Origin: Lepidodermella squamata
Taxonomy: Eukaryota; Animalia; Gastrotricha
Assembly: GCA_047495785.1 (NCBI GenBank)
Contig: JBLDXI010000001.1
Span: 4,092,001 to 4,156,000 of the forward strand
DNA length: 64,000 bases
Direction of reading: 5' to 3'
A program made the translations under genes and the position numbers. This document shows positions 11,119 to 23,866 of this stretch, piece by piece. The notes under the pieces were generated by a model that was not told the DNA's origin, searched no databases, and saw only the letters and a program-made list of their open reading frames with translations. Within the stretch, counting starts at the first letter, position 1, and each line of letters starts with the position of its first letter.

Positions 11119-13708
11119 TCAATTTTTCAGTTTCGATGAAATAATGAAGCCGGCGTTGACAACGCTGAAGCAAATGGAAATCGCAGAACGCAGGATCATT
11201 AGGGATTTTGCATTCTGACCCTGAAGAGCTGCGACAATACCTCCGGCAAATAACAGTAAAATTTCGCAGTAGATGCACACAATTGTTCTTTGCGTTTTCA
11301 TTGTTTTAGACGTGGCGGGAAAGCGGGCATCATTGATCACAAAATGTAGGATGGGAAAAGCAAACGCAGCAATAGAATCAATTGAAGCCCACTGATTATT
11401 CCTAAAATAACTTAAATTCCAGCCATTACTTCACCGGTACCCAACAAGCGGCATTCGTATCTATACGGTTGATAGATGAAGCCAAGATGGTTGAATAGCA
11501 GAGGCTCTTTATAGCTTCTAAAACTTTCCAATGGGGCAATCGCCAGCATGGCGGTCGTTATTGCCACCATCAGCATAGCCCAAGCTGCAGAAAAAGCTTT
11601 CAGATGCTTATCACTCAATTTGTCAACTGGGTTGGCTGAGAAATGACTGGTTGAAGTCGCGGATCGAGTTGATCCTGAATTCGAAGTCGCGTTGGAAATG
11701 TTTGGCGAGAGCATGTTACCTTGATACGCTTTCACGTGAATCAGCATGGCGATGTTACTGGCTGCTGGCTTCATTTGAAGAGCTCGTTGGGTCCTGAGCG
11801 CCAAGCCTGACATGGCCACAGAATAGCCGACGATAATGAAGGAAGTTGCTACAGAGCAGTTGGTACCAGCATCAATATTTGAAATGCCATTCGGCCAAGC
11901 GAAAGTAGCACAGAGGAGAGAGATGTCGCCCAATAGGGTGCATTTATCATAGGAGGACAACTTTGGCAGATTTTTAAGTCCGCTATAATCCTCGATTCTC
12001 CAGAATCTATTTACAATAAGTGTCAAAATCAGAACGAAGCCCACCATTACAATGATTGCCGCTGATACAGAGGACAATACCACGTAAGAACTGAAGGCCA
12101 TGGGTGGGTTCCTTATTTCAATGGTCAAAACTGTGTCCCGGGGTGGTAAGCCGTCATAGGCGCCCCAAGAAACAGGCTGAACGGTTACAATCGATTTCGG
12201 CGTCTGTAATCAACCAGCACTCGATCAATAAATGAGTCGCCTTTCCTATCATTAGCGATACGAATTTGAATGAAGGTTGTCGGGAAACGGCTGGAAGGTT
12301 CACTCGTCTTGTAATCAATTCCATATACCCCGTAATAGCCATTCACCAGAATTGTCGACGAGGCGTTGTACAAAATTTGAGCAAAAATCTCTGGCTGGTG
12401 CTTGAAACGCTCTGATCCAACTATCCATTGGCTCAAAGTCTCATTCCGAATTATTTTCAGCTCCTTTTCCACTTGATCAAGTAGAGTTGCGGTAACCAAA
12501 GCCCGATCTGTTGAGTAGGGAATGAAAGTGGCGTAAGCTTCTGGTGGGATGTATTCATAGATGAGACCATGCACCGAGTCGTAGACCTGTTGAAACGAGC
12601 TCCCCGTCGAATCCAGGTACCCAGGGATAGCTTCAGATAACGGGGACACAGCGATCAACATAGCCCGGGTGCACCACTTTGGTAAAGTGCCAGTTTGGTC
12701 GATGTCAATCCAAGACCATGAAGAGGCGAAGAAGACGTAACTAGGCCCGTGGATGCCGTATTTGTAAAACCAACAAGCCATTCTCGTGAGAAAATCAGTC
12801 CCAGTAACGATTATTCTAGGCTGGCGTCTAGCTGTTTCTTGCATAACCGTATCCAGCTCTTCTTCGTCCGGTATGGCGTAGCTGACTTTGTTAAGCAAAG
12901 CAACACTGATATTTGCAGCTTCGAAAGCCGTTAGCAGGTACCATCTAAAATGCTGTAATACCAGTGGATCTCCGTTATGGTGGCAACTTTCTGCCAATTG
13001 TAGTTCTTTGCGTACGCCAAATGCAAAAACGTCGTTCCAATCAGCAAGACCTATGAACCACTTATAACGCGCACGATTCTGCTTTACATAGGCTGCAACT
13101 TGGTGTACAGCTACCTGAATTCGGAAAACTGGTCAAATTGGTTTGAATTCGGTATAATCTCGCTATAATTTTTCAAACGTTTCAATCCAATATCAACTTA
13201 CCGAGGTGAAGTTGAAATTTCGAGCGACCAGAGCTGTCGTGCGCTGCGAGACTTAAGAGCCAAAGGTAGACGATTGTAGACCCAAGTTCGATTGTCATCG
13301 TTGCTGGCAGCCAGGTCTTCACCGTTACGCAGCTTTCTCACAAAATTCGGCACATCAACGTCAGCTATACATTCGTCATCGATCAATTCCAGCGCCAATT
13401 CATATCCCGGAAGCCATTTCCCATTTCTTCCGTACATTGTCAAAGGCTACTTGGTAAGCTTTTGAGCTGAGCGGTCCACGTGGGAAGTATTCCGGTCGGT
13501 AGAAGTTGATCTCCAGCACCAACACAAGGGTCCTTGAGTTGTTTCCAAGAGAAAACTTGGAGCGTCCTTGAAAATACGGCATGGTAACAGAGAACGGCAC
13601 TTTTCTGCCGGTATCGAGCAAATCTGCTTCGATTTTGGCTACGTCGATGGTCGTTGAAGGCTTAGCCATAACCACTTTGGGATAAAGGGCCATAAAAGAG
13701 GTAAGCAT
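11119..13708 (-). pseudogene. Frameshifted class C (GABA-B-like) GPCR pseudogene
   Basis: WLPGYELALELIDDEC, YNWQKVATI, RQPRII, YGIHGPSYVF, WGAYDGLPPRD and TM segments, split across frames at about 13420, 13240, 13010-12940, 12190 and 11370 without intron signals. Confidence 0.75.
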
Positions 13709-16564
13709 TCCTCTATAGCAGAGACTTCACTTTGTCGTAGAAGTTGAGTTTGAAATTAAGAAATATTTCCACGAGAGACAATATTTCAACTGAGATCTAG
13801 TCATTTCTAGGTCTTTAATTAATGTAAAAACTGCGGGGTCGAAACCTTCCAGATTTGATCAAAAACATTTGCAATGTAATTAAGCTTGATTAGCAGCTGC
13901 AAACCTGGTCTGTAAAGTCTATTGTCGCTGACATATCTCTCTCAAGTGCTCGAGTGTACTGAATAGGTGAAACTTTTAAAATAGTTTTGCGATGACAAGT
14001 TTGATGCGTAGTCTAAAAGCAAACAATTTTACACAGCCACCTGACGGTTCAACAAACTTAATCCCCTCATGAACTGCGAGTGAAAGTTCAATCAGCGACT
14101 TGGTTTTCTAAAGTGATAGGAAATCGGAGCGACATCGATACCTTGATTCTGTATTCTTTTGTATGTATGGCAGAAACGTGGCACTCGAAGCACTTTTCTT
14201 CTCCGCGATCAACTCTGTATGCAATTCATTTCAAAATTCGATACGGATGAAATGTGCTCTGTCCACCTGGAGTGCCGATTTAACGAGGTCACGTTTAGGT
14301 CGGGCTAAAATAGGTCCACGCAAAAAATGAATGCGTACACACAATAACAGTGAATGCATCGTAAGAATCGAACCCGAGGCGCCCGCAAAACTCGGTATAA
14401 AAATGCAATAAGCTTATGACTATTTTTACGTGTAGTGCAAAAAGTACGAGTCCGCGCCTAACAATCGGTTTTTTAGAAGAAGTTCAATTCCGAACTGCGA
14501 ATAGGATCAAAAGAGCGATGCCCAAGAGGGTGAAGTTGGGCGAGCATTCAGTCGATGCTTTGGTGGAGTACGCAGTGTCAAAAGCTGGGGTTAAGAAAAT
14601 TCTCTCCGGCCACTGCGTGCGGAAATGTACCGGGTGGACTAGTTGATGCCTAATGAAGTAATAACAGAAAGGGCGATGCGCGATGCGTCAATTAGTGCTC
14701 TTTTCAATTACCGACTGTTGAAGCTGGAGGAGCAGCCTCGCCCATGAATCTCCTAGTTCGGAGATGGAGCAGCCTTTGGATGATCCCAACGCGAGCAATC
14801 AACAATGCAAGCTAGTAGCTGGGACGAACGGAAATTTGGACGACTTCATCTCCCTCTTTCAGTGCCGCCCTCCTATGGACCTTTGCCACGATGCCATACG
14901 TTTTGAAAATTTTCACAAATTCAATCACTGCAATAAAGTAATGATACTGCAATAATGATTTGCATCTCTTAGCGCAAAAATGCCGGGCTTTTCCTTATTT
15001 ATCAAAACAAAGCTAGTTAAGAAATAAGAAAAATGTGTGTTCTTTTGGCTAGTACAGTCAGGGAGTGAATGGTCGAGTTGGGCAATTCGACTAATAAAAT
15101 TAAAAAAATCCACCTTAAACGCCTGTTATTTGTATTTTGGCCAGTACAATGACATTGTTATTGTATCGATAATTTTTGTACCACCGGACCATAGAGAATA
15201 GAGTTACCAGAGATGAAGCTCCTATTGGAAACTTTAAGTTTTAATTTGTTTGCGGATTTTCGTAAAATTTCATTATGGCGGATCTTTTTGAAACTCCCGT
15301 ATACATGTTTACATGTAAAAAAGGGTGTTTTTCCTCGCGCTATACCCACTATCCCTCATCATGGAATTTCAATTTTTTTATTTTAATCGATGGGGTTTGC
15401 TTTCAACTATAACCAGTTCAAAGGAATCCGTACGGAAATGGACGGTGTTTTGACGCCATAGCGGTTTTCCCGAAGGTCACTTTTTAGGGGGTTCAAAAAT
15501 GGGTGTTTTCGGCTTGACCCCACGGCCACATCCTTGATCGGACTATCGTTTTCTTTGGTGGAAATGATAGAACTGAGTCCATATTATCACCATGTGAAAT
15601 GATTTGTTTACAAAAGCCACCGTTCAAAAACTATTCAAGTGTTTCGGATGGATTCGTTTGGCTGCGCCAAACTCACTCTGGGTTTCAGAGAGGGGGGAAA
15701 TTTCATTTCTCTATGGCTAGCTATAGAATAATGCTATTCCTACATGCGCACGACACCTCTAGGCTAAAAGGGTGCAATGGGTTCATAGGGGTGATTTCAG
15801 GATAATCATTTCGAGAAAATAAAACATCCAACTTAAAATTTCACGAAAACAATTCTTCGTTTGAAAAAGAAAAACACTTTTCATTCGGCGATTTTTTTCT
15901 TGTTTGCAACTTGATTTTTGGTCCACCGTCATTCGTCGTCGAAATCTTCATGCTCTCCGGCTGGCCGAAGCATCAGTGGTCAAGACTCATGGAACAGAGC
16001 GCCGATATCAAGCGAAAAGATCATCTGTTGCCTTGGTTCGATCGAGTCTGGAAACGAACGTTGCATCCATGAAGCCATTCAAATCGGTCGCCTGCCACCT
16101 GGGTTCGCACAGAAATCAATGCGTCTAGATCGCGCGGCGTTTGGAAGACTGGCAATAATAGAAGCCATCCGCTCGCTGCAAAATGGTATCCAGATCGCGG
16201 CGGAAATTAACCATGGATTTGGGTCAATTTTGCTGGTCGAAGATTCGCCAAGAAACCAGTCATTGTCGCCTCTAACGTTGCTATGGCTAGTCGCTGAATT
16301 TCGGTTGCTGTTCAAAACCGCGAGTTCGGAGGGAAAACCGGATCGGCATCGCACGGCTACCAGCAAGAGATTTCGACGACCTTGTTTTTCGCCTTATTTT
16401 GTCAAATTTTTGATTTTGCACGTGAGATTGCTTTCAAGTAAAATTGAGGTTTTCGCTGTTTTTGTGACTTTCCTACGATTCTCGAGAAAATTCGTTTTAT
16501 GGGGGGTTTCGAGGCTAATTCTGAGCAAAATAGGTGCATGCCATAGAGAAATTATTGGTTGCAG

Positions 16565-17367
16565 GTATACCGCCAAGGCAGGTAGATCACTGCAGAGTAT
16601 AATCGAAAAAGATGAGGAGCAATTCTTGATGATACTTCGCACCGAGGAAAAGTCCGGCTTGTCACCCGCGCTTCAACAACTGCAGAGGCAGATAGAATGG
16701 CAAATGCGAATCCGCGAGATTTACCAATCGAAATCGGCTATTCGCCGGATTTTAGCTGCAGAGAGAGTAGCCATTAAAAAGGCTATTAAGCATGCACCTG
16801 ATGTCAATCTGTGCAAGCGTATTCGTTGGCTCGATACGGTCACACAGCCAATTTCATTCATGGTCAACCGTTTTACTATCCGTCGAAAATTGACAAGTGA
16901 GATGGCTTACTTTGAAAGCCGTGACCGAGTCGACTCGTTGGAGATGTTTCAAGCGCTGATGGACTCATCACTATTTGACTGCCAGTCTTTGGCAAATATT
17001 CGCTTTTCCCTGGGTAATTGATTTATTAATTGATAAACATGGAAGAAAATACAAGTCTTGCTCGATAGAGAAATTAATTTAGAGATAATTACCTATTATT
17101 TGAATTCTCATGACCTCTATTTTTGTATGTTTGTCATTGTTTCAACTAGCCGACAAGCTCGGACCTGATGTCTTGATAGCTCTCTTGGACGGCCGCGGTT
17201 CTATGCAACAGCAGCAGCAGCTTTTCGAAGAGCTGAGAGAGCGCGAGGCAGAAATTTCTGCCGCTATCGCCGTTGCTGCTCGCTGGCCGAACATGCTCGC
17301 CTGGATCTCGGCATTTGGCATCACTCCCAAAGACCTGCTGGCTTTCATTGTCGCTCGACTGCTCTAA
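16565..17367 (+). CDS. Uncharacterised spliced helical protein (exons about 16565-17012 and 17150-17367), possibly transposon-borne; 5' end unresolved
   Basis: In-frame splice CTGG|gtaatt...ctag|CCGAC joins the two + ORFs; no family recognised. Confidence 0.35.
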
Positions 17368-17646
17368 AATGATGAATATCATGCAATATGTTAAACTGAT
17401 CAAGCCCCCGTGATTTTTTAATTTTGGAAGCCCTGTTTTTATTTATCCAAGATGAGCAGTGAACCACAGTGTGAAATAAAGCCAGAGGATAACTTATGCA
17501 TTTTAAATAATCGTCAGCTATTTTTCGTGTTTTTCAATGTTTGTTGGACACGGTTTATGGTTTACTACCTAAGGTGATTAATCGTCCCCAATTTCGAAGA
17601 AAATTGAGAACCGAAAACATCACCGCGGCGTTGAATATTTTCCATT

Positions 17647-18960
17647 GGGCTTTTTCACACTACGGGAAAGTGAAGTGAAATGAGCAAAAAATGGCCGCGT
17701 GATCATTGAAGTGAATTGAAGTTAAGTTGAAACAGTGTAGTGTGGACGCTTTCGGTGAACTTCAACGCGCTTCAAAGCAAAACAAACATCAGCGTTATTT
17801 ATTATTAGCAAACAGCCTTGCGTATTCTACTCACAGCTGTAGTCGCTTGACTCGCCCATTGTAAATAAGAGTTCAATGAAATGCTGAAATCTGCTTATTG
17901 ACTAAATTAAAGACCCGTGTCCGGTTGGCTATCGCCGCCAAACAGTTCGATAAGAATACTAATTCGAGTAGAGTCTCGTTGGAGCGCTTTTCAGCAACCG
18001 CGGCAAACTCCAGCCGGCGTTCTTCGAACCGCAATTCATTCGCCATCTGCTCCTTTTGTAGCTGAAGTTGTTGCTGCTGTAAATCAAGCATCTGTGAAAG
18101 CAAATCGGTGTTGCTCGAGCTCGCGACCTTCGGTTTCTTTAATACCAGTTCTTCGACTTCTTCGTCTGAAATACCCACGGATGATTCGACGGCGTTAGGC
18201 AGGCGGGCAATGTCCCGGCATCCCACTACACTGTCAATAATACCGTTGACAGTGCTCGGGTCAAAGGTGATGGTGGATCCTTTAGTACCCTCGCCAGTCT
18301 TGCGATGACTGCCAAACTCTTTCTTGTACTGAGCAAGTAACAGCCTAAATTTCTCGTAACACTGTTTTAGTGTTCTTTCGAAGCCTAGTTGCTTCATAGT
18401 AAGCCTTACCTTCTCCCGCCCGGCTTGGTGATTGTTTTTAATTGGCTCGTGATGTTTTTTACGGGTGGCTGAGCGACCGTCGCAAGAAACTGAGTGAGTG
18501 TAGCAAAAAGCTGAGTGAACGTCGCCAAATCCGGTCGTGTTTTGTACCATAATTGCATGTAAACTTTGCTACATTCACTCAACATTTGCGACGCTCGCCA
18601 TTTAACACGTTTTTTACAGCTCTCCGCGAAAGCTGTTTCTTCAGAAGGAACCCGTTTCTTTCACGCGCGTTTCGATTTCAATGCTAGTGAATCGTCAGAA
18701 ATAGCAGGTTTCTCAGATTCAACCTCTTCGTCCTGAGACGGATCTTTTACGTGTCTCGAAGATAGGTTCGCCAAAGTCCGTGAAAATCATTTTGGCGGTC
18801 GTAATGCCGACAACGAATGTGACAGTTAGTGATCGATAAGAATCTCCAGTTGCAAGTTGCCACAGGGCAATAGCAAGCCTTTTGCGGATCGGTATTGCCA
18901 GTCTCAACTTCGTATCCTGACACTCCAATCCAGCTCTCAATAGCGTAGTAAGCTCAATAG
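17647..18960 (-). mobile_element. Degenerate PIF/Harbinger transposon: Myb/SANT-like accessory ORF plus HARBI1-type transposase remnant
   Basis: 18719-18940 LRLAIPIRKRLAIALWQLATGDSYRSL (HARBI1 N-terminal motif); 17873-18550 MKQLGFERTLKQCYEKFRLL (trihelix Myb) with coiled-coil tail; terminal GGGCTTTTTCACACTAC...GTAGTGTGGACGC (17647-17749). Confidence 0.8.
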
Positions 18961-19187
18961 CGAGACCCTATCGAAAAAATATTCTGCGTGGCATGCTGGA
19001 AAATAGCTACTTTTTCATTCTGGAGAGCACGAGTATTTTCTCGATATCTTTTTTCAACCTTATCTCTCATCCCTTATCTCCACACGCTGGCTATTTTTTC
19101 GTACTTTTCAGACACATAATAACGAGTTGAGGCAAAGAAATAAGATAGCACTCTGCAAATAAACGTAATTATATCCGATAATGAAGT

Positions 19188-20008
19188 TGAAATTGAATAC
19201 GTTTTTTAATGGTCCAAGTAGCCCGCATCGTGGTCCAGATTTCTATACTTGGAGCGAGCTTGGACAATGTTTTGCTGATTTTCCAGGAATTTCATAAAAA
19301 AAATCACAACCTCCAGCCATACAAAAACTGAAGGCTTCATTCTAGAATCTTTATTGACAGCACGTGCGCCACGCCCACATGGTGTAGCTGGAAAAAGATA
19401 ATGTGGCTGGACGTGCGTTTTAATATACCGTATTTGTTACAATAATAACTAATAGTCGCCCATCTCTAATAGTCGCCCATGTCAAGGCATCAGGGCCAAA
19501 CATATCGCGCATCTCTAACAACCGCCCGGGCTATTGCACATGCTTGCTAGGTGTCGCGCGCCCCTATGCGGTCACGTGCTTTTGTGCAGTATACCCTATG
19601 CGGTATAAAATTCAATAAATTCTTGAGAAACTTGCAGCGGTCAAGTACTCGTTTAAGCACGACTTGAGTGATAATTCACGCGAATTCGGCTGCGATTGAA
19701 AAATGAGGCCGAATTTTGCTTTCAAAAGGTCTGATGGGTGGCTCTGACCAAATAAAACCGAAGTGAGCATCTAACAAATCGCCCATCTTTATTAGTAGCC
19801 CACTTTTTAGGACACTTTTGGGGGTTGAAAATTTAGTAGCCTGGGCTGCTATTGGAACAAATACGGTAATGCAAATTCTGCTTGGCAATATTTTAGTGAT
19901 TCGTAGAAAATCGTTCTAGCATAAAGTCGTTCTAGCGAGCTCCAAGTATAGAAATGTGGACCACGATGCGGGCTACTTGGACCATTAAAAAACTGCTTCA
20001 ATTTCGAT
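19188..20008. mobile_element. Non-autonomous foldback element with about 55-bp near-perfect inverted repeats, hosting a nested MITE
   Basis: TTTTTAATGGTCCAAGTAGCCCGCATCGTGGTCCAGATTTCTATACTTGGAGC (about 19203-19255) is the reverse complement of about 19939-19991 with one mismatch. Confidence 0.7.
19428..19866. mobile_element. Tc1/mariner-pogo type MITE, TA target duplication
   Basis: TA|CCGTATTTGTTACAATA...TATTGGAACAAATACGG|TA. Confidence 0.8.
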
Positions 20009-20011
20009 TTA

Positions 20012-20209
20012 CCGTATTACCGCGCTTTGAGTGTCATGCCACTATAGCTCGTTTTACAGTGGCATGTCACTATGCCCCGTTTATAGTGGCATGCCAAATT
20101 AAATTTCAATGCAAAACATTAGGTGCCACTATAATCGAGGAAATTGAAAAAGGGTAAAAAACCATGTTTCACTTTATAGTGGCATGACACTCAAAGCGCG
20201 GTAATACGG
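20012..20209. mobile_element. Tc1/mariner-pogo type MITE with perfect 35-bp TIRs, TA target duplication
   Basis: TA|CCGTATTACCGCGCTTTGAGTGTCATGCCACTATA...TATAGTGGCATGACACTCAAAGCGCGGTAATACGG|TA; internal GTGGCATG/GCCACTATA subrepeats. Confidence 0.9.
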
Positions 20210-20782
20210 TAGTTGATTCCGAAATTTAATTTAATTTGTAATAGCGAAACCATTTTTCGTCGATAACACCAGTTAAGATTTCTATAAAAACTTTGAAAAA
20301 ATAACCAGCGTGTTCCTTGTGACTTCCTCTGTCTGAATCCATCAACCAATCATGTAGAAAAATTTAAACCGTCTCGGAACCAGTAATAAAAATCGAATAT
20401 TTTGTTTACTTTATCTCCAAGCGCTGATGAATCAGCTCACCATCTGGCGCCCATGGCGTAGCGCCCTTTTTCTCGTGAGTAAGCAGTCTATCCTAAATTA
20501 TGTCTATGCTGCTCGTGAACAAAGTTTCATCATAGCAGTTTCGTTGTTTGAGGCAGCTGCGATGCTCAGAAAATCATCTACTTTAGAGCTTTACAATTAC
20601 TGAAATTGCTGTTCATTTCGCCTTTTGGCACCGACTGATATCTGCAAACATTTTATTTAAATTTCATTAAATGATCAAGTAATTCCTCCATAATGGTCGA
20701 ATATAATGAATGCCATACTGAACCATTAAAATACCGTTAATACCCATTCTATTTCAATTTCCTAATAGTCTTTTTCAAGTTC

Positions 20783-23056
20783 TTAGCGTGAAACTGGTTT
20801 GAGTTGCAGCTGCTTGGAATCGTTGCATTTCATGAGTGATTCATTTTTTGTTGAAGCTGAAAGGGGCAAGTTCGATTTCATTAAGATAGGAAACACCCAA
20901 GCCATAACGTTCAAGCTAGCGAATATCGGTAAGAATAAAACCAAAAACACCCGTATATTTGTCTGAGCAACAGCAGGATTCCGATCTTGAGATAATATGA
21001 AAATAATGAGTGTACCAGCGATTAACAGACCCAAGGAGTTCAATAGACCACCCGCCATCAAGTTAAACTCATCGAAGCTTAGAGAATTTCGAAGATGGCG
21101 AAGTGAATACGAAGCCCAAAGCCCTGCCACAAGGGCAAAAGCGTGTGAAGCTATCAGAACGTAAAACTCAATTGAGGCCAAGCTACATGAAATGTACTTC
21201 CAAACGAACGCAACGTCTCTGGCTTCGTCGTGTATCCTAATGGAAGAACCGACATCAGGCCAATATCTTTCAGCGCATATCTCCGCTCTTAAGAGCAATC
21301 CAAGAAGTATAAAATTGATGGCTAAAAATGAAGCTGTGATGATGAAGGCTTTTTTCAAGCATTTTCCAGCCCTCCTGCTTTGATAACTCAGTGGTCGGAG
21401 CACAAGGGCAGAGTTGACAAATGAAGTACCGAAGATCATTAACGCAAGCCCGGCTTTCCAGAGATCTTGGATGTTGTCGGGAGATTTGCCAGGGATAGTC
21501 ACTAACATAGCCGATATCAAGCACAGGAAAGCTCCAAATGATCCAAAAAGCTTCAAGAAAGGTTTGTTCATACTAGGATCTTTCCTTGACCTCAGCAGCA
21601 ATGCTACTCCAATCAAATTTACTGCAAGAATAGCAGCATCGAAGAACAGTAAGGCTATAACAGCGGTCATAGTAAAATCTTCATCAATAATTACCGTCTC
21701 AGATCCGTCTTTTGGCGGTTTGTTGTCGTTAGTATTCCAAAGAAAACTTTCAGCAAGCAATCTGACGTCATAATCTGCATAGTTGCCACCCGTTCTGTTG
21801 TCGACCATCGAGGCTAGTGCCATAGCATAATTGGGTGATTCGTTAGACAGCCACCTCGTTAGACCAATGTAATCTGTTGCCAGCTGGCCGTTAAGTTTAT
21901 TGAACCGCATTCTGCCGGTTCGTAAGGATTTGAAGTCTACATCAAGGACAGATGAGTTCGCCACTGCGGAAACTACACCAGGTTTAGTCGCATAGTCCTT
22001 AAGAGACAACCCAATATTATTCAACCTTTTCTCGGTTGTGTCGAGGGCTCGTACGATGGCCATGGTTGCGTCGTAACATTGGAGCCTGAAGCTGTAGAAC
22101 AAACCTCTTAGACTGCCACTAGCTGAATCATACGTCTCCTCAAAATTCATGACTTCATCAGAAGCGTTAAGTGGGACAGGCAAAATCGGGCCAATAATTG
22201 ATTGCTTGATTTGCGCAGTAATCATATCTCTTGTGCAGCCTGGCCATAATTCGAATGCCAAAGTGACTGGATTCACATCGAGCTGATGAATGAAGTTGTA
22301 TCGGCTACCAGTTATGCCCATTCGGAAAGTTTGGCAGTAGAATTGAAAAAGCAGTCGATAATCAGTTGTCCATAGAATGACAATTCGAATGTCATTTTTC
22401 TTCAAAGGCTCGAGTTGAGAAGGATCTGTTAGGTCTGATACGCCGTGGTACCAGGCAACTGTCAGGTTTTCCTTGATAGCAGCTTGATAGGTCAACTCAG
22501 CCGAGAGATAGTCAGTTGGATTAACCAAGTAGAACAGGATAGCTATTTTCTGCCACCTGCCGTATTCTTTCACGACTTTCAAAAAGGAAAATGCTGTGAA
22601 AACTGTCGTTGCCTGGGTAAGGTACAGATTGGGGTACTTCACGCGATCAGTAAGGATGGGCGCAGTGCATTTCAGAGAAATTCCAACCACTCCTATATGA
22701 TGCAATATAGGTCCAGTAGCTTTGCATCCACCTGAAATGAATCCGAGTCCAGCGATTGGAGATAGCAACGCTGTCTCGTTGCGGTAGAACTTGACCAAAT
22801 TTGCTGGAGACGAGAAACCCCCTGGTCCTTCATCTTGATAATCAGGGACCAATTGGTAGTTTTCAAGTAAGCCCGCCTGATTTTTTGCGTCCTCGAACGC
22901 TAGTTGAGACGCCACTAAACACTCAGCGCCATTACCGGGTGGATTAGAGGTTTTAGGGTAGTTTATTAGAATCTTTAATTGCTGCAAATCTTTGCCTGTT
23001 GTTTCTAATGTAGCTAGAGCGAGTGATATAATGGAGAAGATAACTTTAAAATTCAT
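20783..23056 (-). CDS. Intronless GABA-B-like class C GPCR, paralogue 1
   Basis: Signal peptide MNFKVIF; VFT motifs LENYQLVPDYQDEG, CTAPILTDRVKYP, WQKIAIL, CYDA, WNTNDNKPPKD; 7 TM helices. Confidence 0.88.
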   Translation of the reverse strand: MNFKVIFSIISLALATLETTGKDLQQLKILINYPKTSNPPGNGAECLVASQLAFEDAKNQAGLLENYQLVPDYQDEGPGGFSSPANLVKFYRNETALLSPIAGLGFISGGCKATGPILHHIGVVGISLKCTAPILTDRVKYPNLYLTQATTVFTAFSFLKVVKEYGRWQKIAILFYLVNPTDYLSAELTYQAAIKENLTVAWYHGVSDLTDPSQLEPLKKNDIRIVILWTTDYRLLFQFYCQTFRMGITGSRYNFIHQLDVNPVTLAFELWPGCTRDMITAQIKQSIIGPILPVPLNASDEVMNFEETYDSASGSLRGLFYSFRLQCYDATMAIVRALDTTEKRLNNIGLSLKDYATKPGVVSAVANSSVLDVDFKSLRTGRMRFNKLNGQLATDYIGLTRWLSNESPNYAMALASMVDNRTGGNYADYDVRLLAESFLWNTNDNKPPKDGSETVIIDEDFTMTAVIALLFFDAAILAVNLIGVALLLRSRKDPSMNKPFLKLFGSFGAFLCLISAMLVTIPGKSPDNIQDLWKAGLALMIFGTSFVNSALVLRPLSYQSRRAGKCLKKAFIITASFLAINFILLGLLLRAEICAERYWPDVGSSIRIHDEARDVAFVWKYISCSLASIEFYVLIASHAFALVAGLWASYSLRHLRNSLSFDEFNLMAGGLLNSLGLLIAGTLIIFILSQDRNPAVAQTNIRVFLVLFLPIFASLNVMAWVFPILMKSNLPLSASTKNESLMKCNDSKQLQLKPVSR

Positions 23057-23149
23057 CTTGTGGCGTATCAAAATCAAATCGGAAAGAATGGATGCGTCTG
23101 CAATCGGCAAAAGCTAAAACAGATATGTCACGTATGTGTCTTAATACAA

Positions 23150-23270
23150 AACGTTAGACAGGAAGTCAGCTGTCTTTTAATCCCAGCTGATCGACCTTGC
23201 GTGAACTTCAGCCGTAATATCGGCTATTTCCTCTGTCTAGCCTACTTGAAAATGAATACTTTCAAAATTT
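23150..23270. promoter_or_regulatory. Upstream block conserved between GPCR paralogues 1 and 2, with ETS-type ACAGGAAGT
   Basis: GACAGGAAGTCAGCT..GCTGATCGA..TGAACTT..TTCCTCTGTCT recurs at 27853-27930; AAACG(T/C)TAGACAGGAAGTC also at 27680-27698. Confidence 0.5.
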
Positions 23271-23574
23271 TACTCATGAACTTATTTTAAGGTCTTTTCC
23301 TTCCTTCTTTTCCTATTCAACAAAATGCTATTATTACATTGGTTCAAAGCTCTATTACAATTTTTCCCTAGCGAAATGTTAAAGCGACTTTGGTAATACT
23401 GCAATAAGCAATAAGTATTATGAATGAGACTTCCGGTAATAGAGCAGGCGCAAAGAATTGCCCTCTTCTGCCGTTAATATCCAGCAAACCTGCTTCGATT
23501 CAGGTTTCGTCGATGCTAATTATTGCTTGGCCAAAGCCAGAATAGGACAGCAGTAAGGGGTTAAAGAGGTAAAC

Positions 23575-23866
23575 CAGGGGCGTAACCAGGACATTTTTTG
23601 GTAGTTGTTGTGGATCTGAGAGAGGGAAATTTTTGTTTTTCTCAGGAGAATCCGAGGTCGAAGAGTGCCGATTTTCAATAGAAGAAATCGACACTATCGG
23701 GCTTTCGAGCGAAGCGAGAAAATTTTAGGTAATTTTGCAAACATTTGCCCCACGTCAAAAGCAATTTTAGCCAATTTTTTAGAGAAAATGGGCCGAAGAG
23801 GGGTTTTTGAGTTTTCATTTTGGTAGTTGTTTGAACAACCAAAACAACCAGCTGGTTACGCCACTA
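23575..23866. mobile_element. hAT-type MITE
   Basis: TIRs CAGGGGCGTAACCAG / CTGGTTACGCCACT(A), flanked by direct repeat (A)GGTAAAC (7-8 bp TSD). Confidence 0.85.

Noticed and set aside
11119-13708. Programmed frameshifting or sequencing error as the cause of the broken GPCR
   Set aside because: At least five dispersed lesions without slippery sites while neighbouring genes are intact; pseudogene decay is simpler.
14416-14955. Short GC-richer + ORFs
   Set aside because: No recognisable family; probably decayed TE.
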